Source: Rhodothermales bacterium (lineage in GTDB: Bacteria > Bacteroidota > Rhodothermia > Rhodothermales > BA12). From it: a DNA stretch of 64,000 nucleotides. Under the pieces are notes generated by a model. It searched no databases, had not been told where the DNA came from, and saw only the letters and a program-made list of their open reading frames with translations. The stretch lies in assembly GCA_963829705.1 (NCBI GenBank), contig CAWHJN010000005.1, forward strand, positions 157,634 to 221,633, read 5' to 3'. Both the position numbers and the translations under genes were made by a program. Of this stretch, positions 12,051 through 21,337 are shown piece after piece (position 1 is the first letter of the stretch; each line of letters begins with the position of its first letter).

Positions 12051-12497
12051 ATGGCTTTCTGGGAATGGATACCGTTTGCCAGCACCGTCGGGCACGCCCT
12101 CGCAGACCCACCGGGCCGCTCGTTTCACGATTACATCGACTGCGCGATGACGGAAACGGACTGTGTCGGCTCGTACGAGGAGATCGCGGCTGCCCGGCTC
12201 GTATGTCAGAAATGCATCGATGACAAGATGCGCGACTACGTCGCCGAGTGGATGTTCTCAGGGGCGCCGTCGGACGTCGTGGGGGCCATCGGCGGAGCCA
12301 CGCTGGCCAAGTTTGCCGAGTCGCTGAGCAAGCTCGCCGCCAAACGCATCGCCCCGCGTCTGGCCGCGGTGGGAACGGGCGTCGGCGCGGCCCTCGCCCT
12401 CGACGGCGTCGTCGACATCGGCATTCAACTCAGCAAGGCCGCCGATATGTGGAGCGCGGCGCACAAGGCCAAACAGCGGTACTGCCAGTGCGCGTGA
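12051..12497 (+). CDS. Hypothetical protein (148 aa, six Cys, Gly/Ala-rich helical hairpin)
   Basis: GC3-rich ORF in otherwise unoccupied space, C-rich leader ending GCC-ATG, upstream promoter. Confidence 0.65.
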   Translation: MAFWEWIPFASTVGHALADPPGRSFHDYIDCAMTETDCVGSYEEIAAARLVCQKCIDDKMRDYVAEWMFSGAPSDVVGAIGGATLAKFAESLSKLAAKRIAPRLAAVGTGVGAALALDGVVDIGIQLSKAADMWSAAHKAKQRYCQCA

Positions 12498-12506
12498 CGG
12501 CGCGCT

Positions 12507-13121
12507 TCACATCAGATCTATCATCCCCACGATGCCCGTGCGGATCATGGCGACGGAGATGGCGGCGAGGAACAGGCTGGCGACTTTGGCGACGGCCTTC
12601 GACGTGTTCGCGCCCAGCTTCTTAAGCACCGCCGGGCCTGCAAAAAAGAGCACCAGCACCAGCAGCAGGTTCAGCGTCAGCGATGCCATCGTGGCCGGGT
12701 AGCCGTAGTTCTGCTGCGACACGATGATGGTGGTGATGGCGGCGGGGCCGATGACGAGCGGAATACCCAGCGGCACGATGCCGACGCCGTGATCCTCCAT
12801 CTCCGTCTCGCTGTCGGGCGCGCGGCGCTTGAGGTCGCTGAAGAGCAGGTCGGAGATCGAGAGCACGAGCAGGATCAGCCCGCCGCCCACGCGCAGGTCG
12901 TTGACGGTGATGCCGAGCGTGGCGAAGATGACGTCGCCCGCGAACAGGATGAGCATCGCCACGATGAAGGCGGCCACGACGGCTTGCACGGCGAGGCGGC
13001 GGCGCTGCTGCGTCGTCATGCCGTCGGTGAGGCCGATAAAGAGCGGCAGGATGCCGAGCACGTTGACGGCCACGAACAGGGGCAGAAACGCGCTCAGGAA
13101 ATCGTTGAACGTGAAGGACAT
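12507..13121 (-). CDS. MarC family membrane protein
   Basis: LFVAVNVLG, LRVGGGLIL, VPLGIPLVIGPAAITT. Confidence 0.92.
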   Translation of the reverse strand: MSFTFNDFLSAFLPLFVAVNVLGILPLFIGLTDGMTTQQRRRLAVQAVVAAFIVAMLILFAGDVIFATLGITVNDLRVGGGLILLVLSISDLLFSDLKRRAPDSETEMEDHGVGIVPLGIPLVIGPAAITTIIVSQQNYGYPATMASLTLNLLLVLVLFFAGPAVLKKLGANTSKAVAKVASLFLAAISVAMIRTGIVGMIDLM

Positions 13122-13269
13122 GGACACGCCCGAAGCGGGCTTTGTGGGCAGAGGGAGAAAAGCGGCGCAACCTTCACCGCCGCGCGGGGTCTGTGAAAGG
13201 GGCACACTCGTACAGAGCGCCCGTTCCTACGCAACACCGCGGCCCGCGACGCCGCCCTTTCCGCTCCCG

Positions 13270-13767
13270 ATGACGCGAACCGCTCAAATTCTCGCCCTCC
13301 TCACGTTCACAGTCGTCCTCGCAGGCTGCAAAAAGCCCGAGCGCGTCGGCGAAGTGGTGCTGGGCGACGACGGTGCGATGCCGGTGTCGTTCGAGATCGT
13401 CGGGGCCGGTGCTCGCGCCGACGTACCCGCTCCGCTCACCACGACCGTTACCCAGGCGTCGATGTGGGACACGCTGCGGCCACGTCTCACCTTCACCCGC
13501 CCGCCTGCGCCGGTGGACTTCGCGGGCGCGATGCTCGTCGTCGTCGCGCCGGCGGTGCCGTCGAGCGGGCACAGCGTGCGCGTCGAGGCCATCGAGGAGG
13601 ACGCCGACGGCCTCCATGTCAGCTACGTCGTCTACGCCCCGGCGGCGGACTGCCTCACCGAGGGCCGCCCGCAGACGCCCTTTCAGGTGGTGCGCCTGCG
13701 GCGGATCGACGGCCCCGTCCGCTTCACCGCGCGCGCGGAGCCGCTGAAATGCACGTTCGACTGGTGA
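13270..13767 (+). CDS. Lipoprotein with PrcB C-terminal-like domain
   Basis: Lipobox LAGC; PVDF...SSGHSVRVEAIE...TPFQVVRL pattern. Confidence 0.7.
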   Translation: MTRTAQILALLTFTVVLAGCKKPERVGEVVLGDDGAMPVSFEIVGAGARADVPAPLTTTVTQASMWDTLRPRLTFTRPPAPVDFAGAMLVVVAPAVPSSGHSVRVEAIEEDADGLHVSYVVYAPAADCLTEGRPQTPFQVVRLRRIDGPVRFTARAEPLKCTFDW

Positions 13768-13826
13768 TGGGTCACCGGTCAGCGGGTCGGTGACGAATGC
13801 CTACTGACAAATCACCAGCCCCCGAC

Positions 13827-13861
13827 AAAAAACCCGGCAGACACGAAAAGCATCTGCCGGG
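13827..13861 (-). terminator. Rho-independent terminator of the polyacidic ORF
   Basis: Minus strand CCCGGCAGA...TCTGCCGGG stem followed by T6. Confidence 0.8.
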
Positions 13862-13888
13862 CGGATGGGAGCGGCGAGGCGTCAGGAC

Positions 13889-14089
13889 TTACTCGTCCTC
13901 ATCGTCCTCGTCGTCGAACAGGAGATCTTCGTCGTCCTCGTCGTCGAGGTCGTCGTCGTCTCCGAAGTCGAGATCGTCGTCGTCGAGGTCGTCCTCATCG
14001 TCGAGATCATCGTCGTCGAGGTCGTCTTCTTCCAGGTTGACCGGGAGAACGAGCAGATCTTCTTCCTCGGTAGTTAGCAGCATGCTCAT
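13889..14089 (-). CDS. Small polyacidic protein (66 aa)
   Basis: MSMLLTTEEEDLLVLPVNLEEDDLDDDD...DEDE; flanked by promoter-like site and terminator. Confidence 0.7.
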   Translation of the reverse strand: MSMLLTTEEEDLLVLPVNLEEDDLDDDDLDDEDDLDDDDLDFGDDDDLDDEDDEDLLFDDEDDEDE

Positions 14090-14156
14090 GGCAGCAAGGG
14101 CTTGGGTTCGGGAGGCGGGAAAAGCCATACGCGCGCGGCACGAAGCCGCCCCCGCG

Positions 14157-14186
14157 AGATTACACGGCGCGTGTGGCCAAAAGCAA
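14157..14186 (-). promoter_or_regulatory. Putative sigma70-like promoter for the polyacidic ORF
   Basis: TTGCTT-N18-TAATCT on minus strand about 70 nt upstream of the ATG. Confidence 0.35.
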
Positions 14187-14302
14187 GGCGGTTTGCAGGA
14201 CGGTAACAAAAAATCGTCCTTTCTCGAAAGCACACACAGGGCCTTGAACAGCGCGCGAGGCGGCGGCGTATCATGCGCCTCCTGGAAATTCTGCCTACCA
14301 CC

Positions 14303-14725
14303 ATGTCCGATTTCAACGAACGCAGCGCATACCCGTCGCCCGACGAGTTCAAGGTGATGCGCCCTGAATACACCGAAACCGAGGACGGCTTCGTGCGCGC
14401 CTCGATCACGATCACGCCGTTTCGCGTGACGGGCGAGAGCACCACGCGCCCCGGTGCGCGCCGCGCCGCGCTCTATGACGCCGAGAAGACGTACCGCTCC
14501 TACCATCCCTCGTACCGCATCGACAGCCCGTTCCCCGACGAGTTCGTGGACACCGACGGCGCGACGTGGAAGCGCGTGCCGCCCATGCACCGCGACAAGC
14601 TCGGCGACTACTCGTTCGTGCCCGCGGGCGAAAGCGCGGACGACGAGGATTATGCCGACATCGAGCAGATGCTCTCGTGGGACATCCGCCCCGAAGGCCA
14701 AGCAGCCGAAGCAGACGAGGAGTGA
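14303..14725 (+). CDS. Hypothetical cytoplasmic protein
   Basis: 140-aa ORF with native codon usage, ACC-ATG start. Confidence 0.75.
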   Translation: MSDFNERSAYPSPDEFKVMRPEYTETEDGFVRASITITPFRVTGESTTRPGARRAALYDAEKTYRSYHPSYRIDSPFPDEFVDTDGATWKRVPPMHRDKLGDYSFVPAGESADDEDYADIEQMLSWDIRPEGQAAEADEE

Positions 14726-14745
14726 GCCCCTGCACAACCTGAACG

Positions 14746-15261
14746 ATGGAGCACTCTGTTACAGCGCGTTACACGTGGACCGCTGATGAACTGATGCAGG
14801 GCGTGCGGTACCACCGTCGTCGTGGACAAGGTCGCCGCCAGCGCTGGCTCGCTTGGTGGATAACAGGAGTAGCGGTATCAGGTATCATCATGGCTATCTG
14901 GGCAGACACGCTGGGCTCGAGTGCTCTGCTGTTTGTTCTCCTTGCAGCGGGCCTCGCCGGAATCTTGCTTCCCGACTGGCTCACGAGACGCCAGATGACG
15001 GCCAGCGCGGCGCAGAGCCGACCCATCACGATTGCTCTTTCGGAAAACGGGATGGAGTCGAACGTCACGGGGGTTTCGCAGAATCAATGGACCTGGCCCG
15101 CTCTCAGCGAAGCCGTTCAAACGCCGGAGGGACTGCTCGTGTACCTGAACAAGGCCTCGTTTGTGTGGCTTCCCGAGCACGCGTTCTCCAGTCCAGCGGA
15201 GGCGCGACGCGCGTACGATATAGCATCCGCGCACGCGCCCAAATTTAGCCGCGTGAAGTGA
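14746..15261 (+). CDS. YcxB-like membrane protein
   Basis: Two N-terminal TMs then LSENGM...W....EAVQTPEGLLVY...LPEHAF; less GC-biased codons than neighbours. Confidence 0.75.
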   Translation: MEHSVTARYTWTADELMQGVRYHRRRGQGRRQRWLAWWITGVAVSGIIMAIWADTLGSSALLFVLLAAGLAGILLPDWLTRRQMTASAAQSRPITIALSENGMESNVTGVSQNQWTWPALSEAVQTPEGLLVYLNKASFVWLPEHAFSSPAEARRAYDIASAHAPKFSRVK

Positions 15262-15463
15262 CGCGCTTGCTTTTCCCCCTCGGGCGAGGCTGGCTCCCCG
15301 AGATCCGAGGCCGCCGGAGCACCCAGAAGGCGTGGACCACGCCGGGCAGATAGAAAAGAAGGGTCAGCGCGACGTTCAGCCAGAAGACGCCCGTAAATCC
15401 GGTGCGGACGTAGACGCTCAGCGGCGGCAGGGCGATGGTGAGGACGACGCGGGGCGCTTTCAT
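15245..15463 (-). CDS. YqaE/Pmp3 family small membrane protein
   Basis: LPPLSVY...FWLNVALTLLFYLPGVVHAFWV; ATGA overlap with upstream gene. Confidence 0.88.
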   Translation of the reverse strand: MKAPRVVLTIALPPLSVYVRTGFTGVFWLNVALTLLFYLPGVVHAFWVLRRPRISGSQPRPRGKSKRVTSRG

Positions 15464-17085
15464 GCGTCTGCCTCGGTGGTCGGCAGCAGCGCCTCGCGCC
15501 GCAGTCCGTCGAGGTAGGCGAGCGCCGCGTCGTCTTTTTCGGGCAACGGGTGCGTGGCGAGGGCTTCGCGCAGCGCGCCGAGGGCCTTGCGGTCGCTGGA
15601 GGTGAGCGTGCGGATGAGGTGGTCGAACAGGTGGCCTCGCCGCAGCGCGTCGTCGCGGTGCTGCATCATGAAGGCGTAGGCGGCATCGTGCTCGTTGGGA
15701 ATTTCGCCGTCGAGGATGGCTTCTTTGATGCGCTCTTTGAGGATGCCCACGGCCAGTCCCTCCTGCACGCCCAGCGCCTCCATGATCTCGTAGCCGTCCA
15801 CGGGCGGCTGGAACGTGCGGACGTGGTCTTTCTCCTCGACCGTCCGCATCTTCTCCTCGACAACGTCGAAGCCGCGCCGGTAGCGGCGCACACGCCGGGG
15901 GTTTTTGCTCGTCAGGTCGGCCCGCACGAGCGTCATCAAATCGTCCACATGCTCGCCCGCGTCGAAAAGCAGGCGGCGCACGGCACTGTCGGTTACCTCG
16001 TCGTCCACGAGGGCATGGGGGCGGTGGTGCATACGGACGAGGTCGCGCACGTAGTCGAGGCGGTGGTCGAGGGGCAGTTTGAGGCGGCGGAAGACGTGCG
16101 GCACCATGCGGCTGCCCACGTCGTCGTGCCCGTGGAACGTCCAGTTGCCGCGAAAAAACCGCTTGGTGCGCGCCTTGCCGATGTCGTGCAAAAGCGCGGC
16201 CCAGCGCAGGTAGCGCGTCTCGTCGGCGTCGCGGTCCGTCGTCGCGGCGGCGAGGTTGTCGAGCACCTGGAGCGAGTGGTAAAAGTTGTCTTTGTGCCCC
16301 ACTCCGTCGATGGCCTCGACGCCCGCGAGGGCGGTGAGCTCGGGCAGCAGGTGTTCGAGCACGCCGCCCTCGTAGAGCACTTTCCACCCGCGCGACGGCA
16401 CGGGCGTGGCGATGAGTTTCTGCACCTCGTCCGCCACGCGCTCCATCGAGACGATCTCGATGCGGGCGGCAGCGGCGCGCATCGCTTCCGTCGCGGCGTC
16501 GTCCACGCGGAAGCCCAGCTGGGCGGCGAAGCGTGCAGCGCGCACCATGCGGAGCGGGTCGTCTTCAAAGGTCTGCGCCGGGTCGAGGGGTGTGCGGAGC
16601 AGCCCGGCATCCAGATCGGCCAGCCCGCCGAAAAGGTCGAGGAGCGTGCCGAAGCGATCGGGGTGCAGGTCGAGCGCGAGCGCGTTGACGGTGAAGTCGC
16701 GCCGGGCGAGGTCGTCGTCGAGCGTACCCATTTCGACCTCGGGCTTGCGCGAATCGTGACGATAGCTCTCGCGCCGCGCCGTCACGAACTCCAGCACGAG
16801 CCCGCCTGCTTTTTCGGGCAGCCGGATGGCGGCCGTCCCGAAGGTGGGATACAGGTGTACCTGCTGCCCGCGCAGCGCTTTCGCCACCTGCCGGGCCACG
16901 CGCAGACCGGCGTTTTCGCCGACGGCCACGAAGTCGAGGTCGGTGGTGGACCGGCCCAGCAGCAGATCTCGCACCGCACCGCCGACGGCGTACACCGGCA
17001 CGCCATCCCGCGCGGCGACCTCGCCTACACGGCGCAGCACATCGCGGAACGGAGCCGGGTCGAGGAGAGCGGAGAGATCGGACAC
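15460..17085 (-). CDS. cca: CCA tRNA nucleotidyltransferase with HD domain
   Basis: VGGAVRD, DLDF, DDLARRDFTVNA, DDPLRMVRAARF, LLHDIGK; GTG start. Confidence 0.9.
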   Translation of the reverse strand: MSDLSALLDPAPFRDVLRRVGEVAARDGVPVYAVGGAVRDLLLGRSTTDLDFVAVGENAGLRVARQVAKALRGQQVHLYPTFGTAAIRLPEKAGGLVLEFVTARRESYRHDSRKPEVEMGTLDDDLARRDFTVNALALDLHPDRFGTLLDLFGGLADLDAGLLRTPLDPAQTFEDDPLRMVRAARFAAQLGFRVDDAATEAMRAAAARIEIVSMERVADEVQKLIATPVPSRGWKVLYEGGVLEHLLPELTALAGVEAIDGVGHKDNFYHSLQVLDNLAAATTDRDADETRYLRWAALLHDIGKARTKRFFRGNWTFHGHDDVGSRMVPHVFRRLKLPLDHRLDYVRDLVRMHHRPHALVDDEVTDSAVRRLLFDAGEHVDDLMTLVRADLTSKNPRRVRRYRRGFDVVEEKMRTVEEKDHVRTFQPPVDGYEIMEALGVQEGLAVGILKERIKEAILDGEIPNEHDAAYAFMMQHRDDALRRGHLFDHLIRTLTSSDRKALGALREALATHPLPEKDDAALAYLDGLRREALLPTTEADA

Positions 17086-17131
17086 GGGGAGGAGGTTGGA
17101 TGGTTGGGGTTGTTGGGTGGCTCAAAACAAC

Positions 17132-17722
17132 TTAACCAACCCCTTTCGCCGCGCGCAGCGCGTACTTGCCCATCATGTCGAATTCCAGGTTGACGGGCTG
17201 GCCCACGCGCCAGGTCTGCGCCGTGGTTTTTTCGTAGGTGTGCGGGATGAGGGCGACGGTGAACGTGTCGGCGGCGAGGCGCGCGACGGTCAGGCTGATG
17301 CCGTCGATGGCGATGGAGCCTACGGGGATGAGGTTGGCGGCGAACGCGGCGGGAAACGCAACCTCGACCTCCCACGACGTGGAGCGCTCATCGACGCGGC
17401 GAATGGTGCCGACGGTATCCACGTGTCCCTGTACGAGGTGGCCGTCGAGCCGCGATCCCACGCGCAGCGCCCGTTCGAGGTTGACGCGGTCGCCCTCGGC
17501 GAGCGCGCCAAGCGTCGTCTTCGCAAGCGATTCCTCGACGGTCACGAACGAGAACGCGCCGTCGCCGATCTCCACCACCGTCATGCATGCCCCGTTGACG
17601 GCCACGCTCTCGTCCACACGCAGTTCGCTGGCAAACGGGGCTTCGACGGTGAAGCGCCGCCCGTCGCCGCGCGGCACTGCGCGCCGGACCGTGCCGAGGG
17701 TTTCGATGATGCCGGTGAACAT
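17132..17722 (-). CDS. ribE: Riboflavin synthase (alpha chain)
   Basis: MFTGII N-terminus, SVAVNGAC, VNLERAL, GHLVQGHVD, GSIAIDGISLT. Confidence 0.96.
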   Translation of the reverse strand: MFTGIIETLGTVRRAVPRGDGRRFTVEAPFASELRVDESVAVNGACMTVVEIGDGAFSFVTVEESLAKTTLGALAEGDRVNLERALRVGSRLDGHLVQGHVDTVGTIRRVDERSTSWEVEVAFPAAFAANLIPVGSIAIDGISLTVARLAADTFTVALIPHTYEKTTAQTWRVGQPVNLEFDMMGKYALRAAKGVG

Positions 17723-17906
17723 GAGTTTCGGATTTCGGAAGGCGGATTTCCTCCGGGAAGCTTCGCTTTCAGAAGGAAGGGTGCAGCCGCTGCGCGGAGG
17801 AAGTGCGAGGGGGCGAGGTGGGATCGGACACGCGGAACGCACGAATCGAGAAGATGCAATTCTTTGCGCCCTGTGCTGCGCCCGGAAAACGACGAATGAC
17901 GAAACC

Positions 17907-19031
17907 TCAACGCTCCAACCGCCACCCCGTAAACAGCACATCGTCACCCACCGTTTCCCACGTGGGATCGGCCCACGTCCGTGCCTCCGACATCCGGGTG
18001 GGCGAGGGGAGCCGCACCGACCGCTTCCCGTCGCCGAGGAGTTTGGGGGCGATAAAGCACGAGAAGCGATCCACGAGGCCCGCGGCCAGCAGCGCCGACG
18101 ACAGGCCCGGGCCGCCCTCGACGAGGAGAGATTGCACGATGCGCCCGGCGTCGCCCCGCCCCAACGCATCGAGCAGCACGCCGAGGTCGAGGTGGCCGTC
18201 GTGTTCGGGGATTTCGAGCACCTGCCCCCCTTTCTCGCACAGCGCGTCGGCGTAGGGGGGCAGCGCCCCCGGCGCGGTGACGGCGACGGTGCGCGGAGCG
18301 TGGGTGTCGGTGAAGAGCGCGAGTGTAGAAGGCAGCGTGCCTGTGCGGTCGAGCACGACACGCCGAGGCTGGCGCGGCGCGGCGATGCTGGTATCGGGCG
18401 TGCGGACGGTGAGGGCGGGGTCGTCGGACCGCGCGGTGCCGCTGCCGACGAGGACGGCGTCGTGCGTGGCGCGGAACGTGTGGACGCGCGCCCGCGCCGC
18501 CTCGCCCGTCACCCAGAAGCTGTCGCCGGTGCGCGTGGCCACGCAGGCGTCGAGCGTCTGCGCGATTTTGAGATGCACGAGCGGCCGGCCCGTCGTCACG
18601 TGCTGCACGAAGGCCGCGTTGAGGCGTCGGCACGCCCGCTCTTCGGCACCCACCGTCACCTCGACGCCCGCCGCCCGCAGCTTTTCGACGCCGCGCCCGG
18701 CGACCTTCTCGAACGGATCGACCATGCCCACGACCACGCGCGGGATGTTCTTCTCGACGATCAGGTCCGCGCACGGCGGTGTTTTGCCGTGGTGCGCGCA
18801 CGGCTCCAGGTTGACGAACAGCGTCGCCTCGCGCAGCTTTTCCGCGCCATGCCGCGCCTCGGCCTGCCGGATGGCCTCGACCTCGGCGTGCGGCCCGCCG
18901 TATCGACCGTGCCACCCTTCGCCCAGCACCTCGCCGCCCGCGCCCACGACCACGCAGCCGACCATCGGGTTGGGGCTCACGTGCCCCGCGCCGCGCCGTG
19001 CCAGTTCGAGGCACCGATGCATAGAGGACAT
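17907..19031 (-). CDS. ribD: Bifunctional riboflavin deaminase/reductase RibD
   Basis: PNPMVGCV, HAE, LEPCAHHGKTPPC, LVEGG. Confidence 0.96.
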   Translation of the reverse strand: MSSMHRCLELARRGAGHVSPNPMVGCVVVGAGGEVLGEGWHGRYGGPHAEVEAIRQAEARHGAEKLREATLFVNLEPCAHHGKTPPCADLIVEKNIPRVVVGMVDPFEKVAGRGVEKLRAAGVEVTVGAEERACRRLNAAFVQHVTTGRPLVHLKIAQTLDACVATRTGDSFWVTGEAARARVHTFRATHDAVLVGSGTARSDDPALTVRTPDTSIAAPRQPRRVVLDRTGTLPSTLALFTDTHAPRTVAVTAPGALPPYADALCEKGGQVLEIPEHDGHLDLGVLLDALGRGDAGRIVQSLLVEGGPGLSSALLAAGLVDRFSCFIAPKLLGDGKRSVRLPSPTRMSEARTWADPTWETVGDDVLFTGWRLER

Positions 19032-19161
19032 GGTTTGTGGAGTTGGTTGGATGGTTGACCGACGTGGACTCTATCCCGCTATGCGGGGCCCTCTCGTGGT
19101 TAGGAGTTGGAAATCGTGGCGTCTGCTGCCAACCCCCAGCGAGCGCAGCAAACCTGCCAGT

Positions 19162-19884
19162 TTACCGGGGGCGGGGCGGCGTGTGCAGGGCCTCGTACGC
19201 ATCGTCGCCGCCTTTGAGAATCGCCCGCATCTGCTTTCCTTCGTAGACCCGCACGCCGCCCGGCGCAGCAATCGCCGCCTCCACCATCGCCGCGGCCACG
19301 TCGCGCGCCTCGATGGGGCGCGTGTTGGCCAGCGGGCCAATCATCAGCGGCGCGAGCGGGCGCATGGCTTTCTGAAAAAACGCCTCGGCGGGCCGGGGTT
19401 CGTCGCGCGCGCCCATGAGCAGCGACGGGCGGAAGAGGTAGACGCCTGCGAACGGCTCGATGCCCACGGCGCGCTCGGCCTCGCCCTTGACGCGGCTGTA
19501 GAAGACGAAGGAGTGCGGGTTGGCTCCGTGCGCGCTCACGAGCGCGAACTGCCGCGCGCCTTCCTCTCGGGTGATCCGGGCGAGGAAGCGCGGGTAGTGG
19601 AGATCGACCTGCTCGAAGGCCTCTTTCGAGCCAGCCTCCTTGATCGTCGTGCCGAGCGCGCAGAACACGTCGTCGGCGCGGAGGTGCTCGCGCGCAGCGT
19701 CGAGGTGGTCGAACGACACGACGTGGTGCGTGTGCTTCTCGCCGCGCGACGGAGCCTGGCGCCGCCCGATGGTGACGACGCGGGCATACACATCCGAGGC
19801 CAGCAGGATATGCAGCAGGTGCCCGCCGACGAGCCCGGTGCTGCCCGCGACGAGGGCGGTGCGGGAGGCCGTCTCCGTCCTCAT
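19162..19884 (-). CDS. NAD(P)-binding oxidoreductase (YraR/CC3-TIP30-like)
   Basis: GSTGLVG, FCALGTT, YSRVKGEAE, RPSLL.G.R. Confidence 0.88.
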   Translation of the reverse strand: MRTETASRTALVAGSTGLVGGHLLHILLASDVYARVVTIGRRQAPSRGEKHTHHVVSFDHLDAAREHLRADDVFCALGTTIKEAGSKEAFEQVDLHYPRFLARITREEGARQFALVSAHGANPHSFVFYSRVKGEAERAVGIEPFAGVYLFRPSLLMGARDEPRPAEAFFQKAMRPLAPLMIGPLANTRPIEARDVAAAMVEAAIAAPGGVRVYEGKQMRAILKGGDDAYEALHTPPRPR

Positions 19885-19885
19885 C

Positions 19886-20509
19886 TCAGGCGGGAAGCGC
19901 GCCGCGCACGATGGAGGTCACGAGCGCGTGGTGCGCCTGCAGCGTGTCGAAGTCGAGTTTGGAGCCCGCCTCCGTCCACGGCACCCACGCGACGGCGTCG
20001 ATGCCCTCGTCGGCCTGCGGCGTGAACGTGTCGGCGTCGGTGCGCATCAGAAACCAGCGGGTGGTTTTGACCATGCAGTAGCCTTTTTCGAGATAGACGT
20101 GCTGCGTGTCGCCCAGTCCGCGAATCACGCGCACGGCGTCGATGCCCAGTTCCTCCTTTACCTCGCGCTCGGCGCACGCGTGCGTCGATTCGCCGGGGTC
20201 GCGCTTGCCTTTGGGCAAGTCCCACGCGCCGCGCCGGTGGATGAGCAGCACCTCGGGCTCCTCCGCGCCCGCCCGCACGACGTAGCCGCCGGCGGCCTTC
20301 ACGCTTTTGAGCGGCGCGTACGGGCGCAGGTTGCAGTACGCTTCCGCCGGGGCCTCGTCGGCCACGAAGCCGAGCGGCGTAGCCCGCAGGCCGAGGAGTT
20401 TGCGGGCGTCCGCCACGAGCACTTCGGACGAGAGGTGCAGCGCCTGCTTCAGCGTCGCGAGAAACAGCGACGGCGCGGGGGCCGGCAGGACGGGTTGAAA
20501 AAGCAGCAT
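19886..20509 (-). CDS. NUDIX hydrolase
   Basis: WDLPKGKRDPGE...CAEREVKEELG Nudix box. Confidence 0.9.
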   Translation of the reverse strand: MLLFQPVLPAPAPSLFLATLKQALHLSSEVLVADARKLLGLRATPLGFVADEAPAEAYCNLRPYAPLKSVKAAGGYVVRAGAEEPEVLLIHRRGAWDLPKGKRDPGESTHACAEREVKEELGIDAVRVIRGLGDTQHVYLEKGYCMVKTTRWFLMRTDADTFTPQADEGIDAVAWVPWTEAGSKLDFDTLQAHHALVTSIVRGALPA

Positions 20510-20561
20510 GGAGAGACGGACGCCAACAGAAAGGGGGTGCCGGTACAGACGCCCGCGCGGT

Positions 20562-21168
20562 TCAGCTTGTTCGCTTGATGGTGCAGCCGATGGAGCGCGT
20601 GACGTCCTTGCTGACGGCCTCGCCCGCCGTCATGGCGTGGAGGGCGTTCATCAGAAACGGTTCCTCGACGGCACCGGCGTCGGCGGCGTTGTCGTCGATG
20701 GCACCGCGGTAGACGAGTTTCAGGTCGGCGTCGAACAGGAACACGTCGGGCGTGCGCGTGGCCCCGAAGGCATCGGCGAGGCGGTGGTTGGCGTCCACCA
20801 CGTAGGGCATCGCGTAGGCGTTGCGCTGCGCGTGCGTCCGCATCTCATCCATCGAATCCACGCCGTCGCGCTGGCCCTCATTGGAATTGACGAGCACGAC
20901 GCCGACGCCTTTTGCTGCCGCCGCCGCAGCGATTTCGTTGTAGCGATTCTCCCAGCGGAGCACCCACGGGCACGTGTTGGCCGAGAAGATGACGAGCAGG
21001 CCGTTCTCGCCTGCCACCTCCGCGAGGGTCAGCACTCTCGCCCGCCGTCGAGGTCATTGCGTAGTCCGTCATCGGAGCCGCGCTGCCGATGGGCAGCGGG
21101 TCGAGGAACCCGGTGAAGGCGAGGCTGGCGAGCAGCACGCACGCGGCGGGGACGAGACGGCGGTACAT
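20562..21168 (-). pseudogene. Exported thioredoxin-fold (AhpC/TSA-like) protein with apparent 1-nt insertion near 21034
   Basis: Signal peptide plus LPIGSAAP in one frame; LVIFSANTCPWV, ATRTPDVF, YRGAIDD, GCTIK in another; span 607 nt = 3n+1. Confidence 0.75.
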
Positions 21169-21337
21169 GGCGGCAAGAGGCAAGTGAAAAGGACACGGAT
21201 GCGACTACAAAAAGCGAGAGGCAGGCGGGTTCCGGGCAGAACAGCCGCCGCGCCCCGCCACGAACAATTGCACGCGCCTCCCGTTAGGCGGAGCCGCTGA
21301 ACGCGCGCGTGTCCGTCCCCCTTTTTGCGGTCGAACC

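Noticed and set aside
13797-14357. Poly-Ser ORF on the plus strand
   Set aside because: Antisense reading of the Asp-rich ORF; terminator polarity supports the minus-strand gene
17723-19160. FMN riboswitch near ribD/ribE
   Set aside because: No RFN consensus segments seen in either intergenic region
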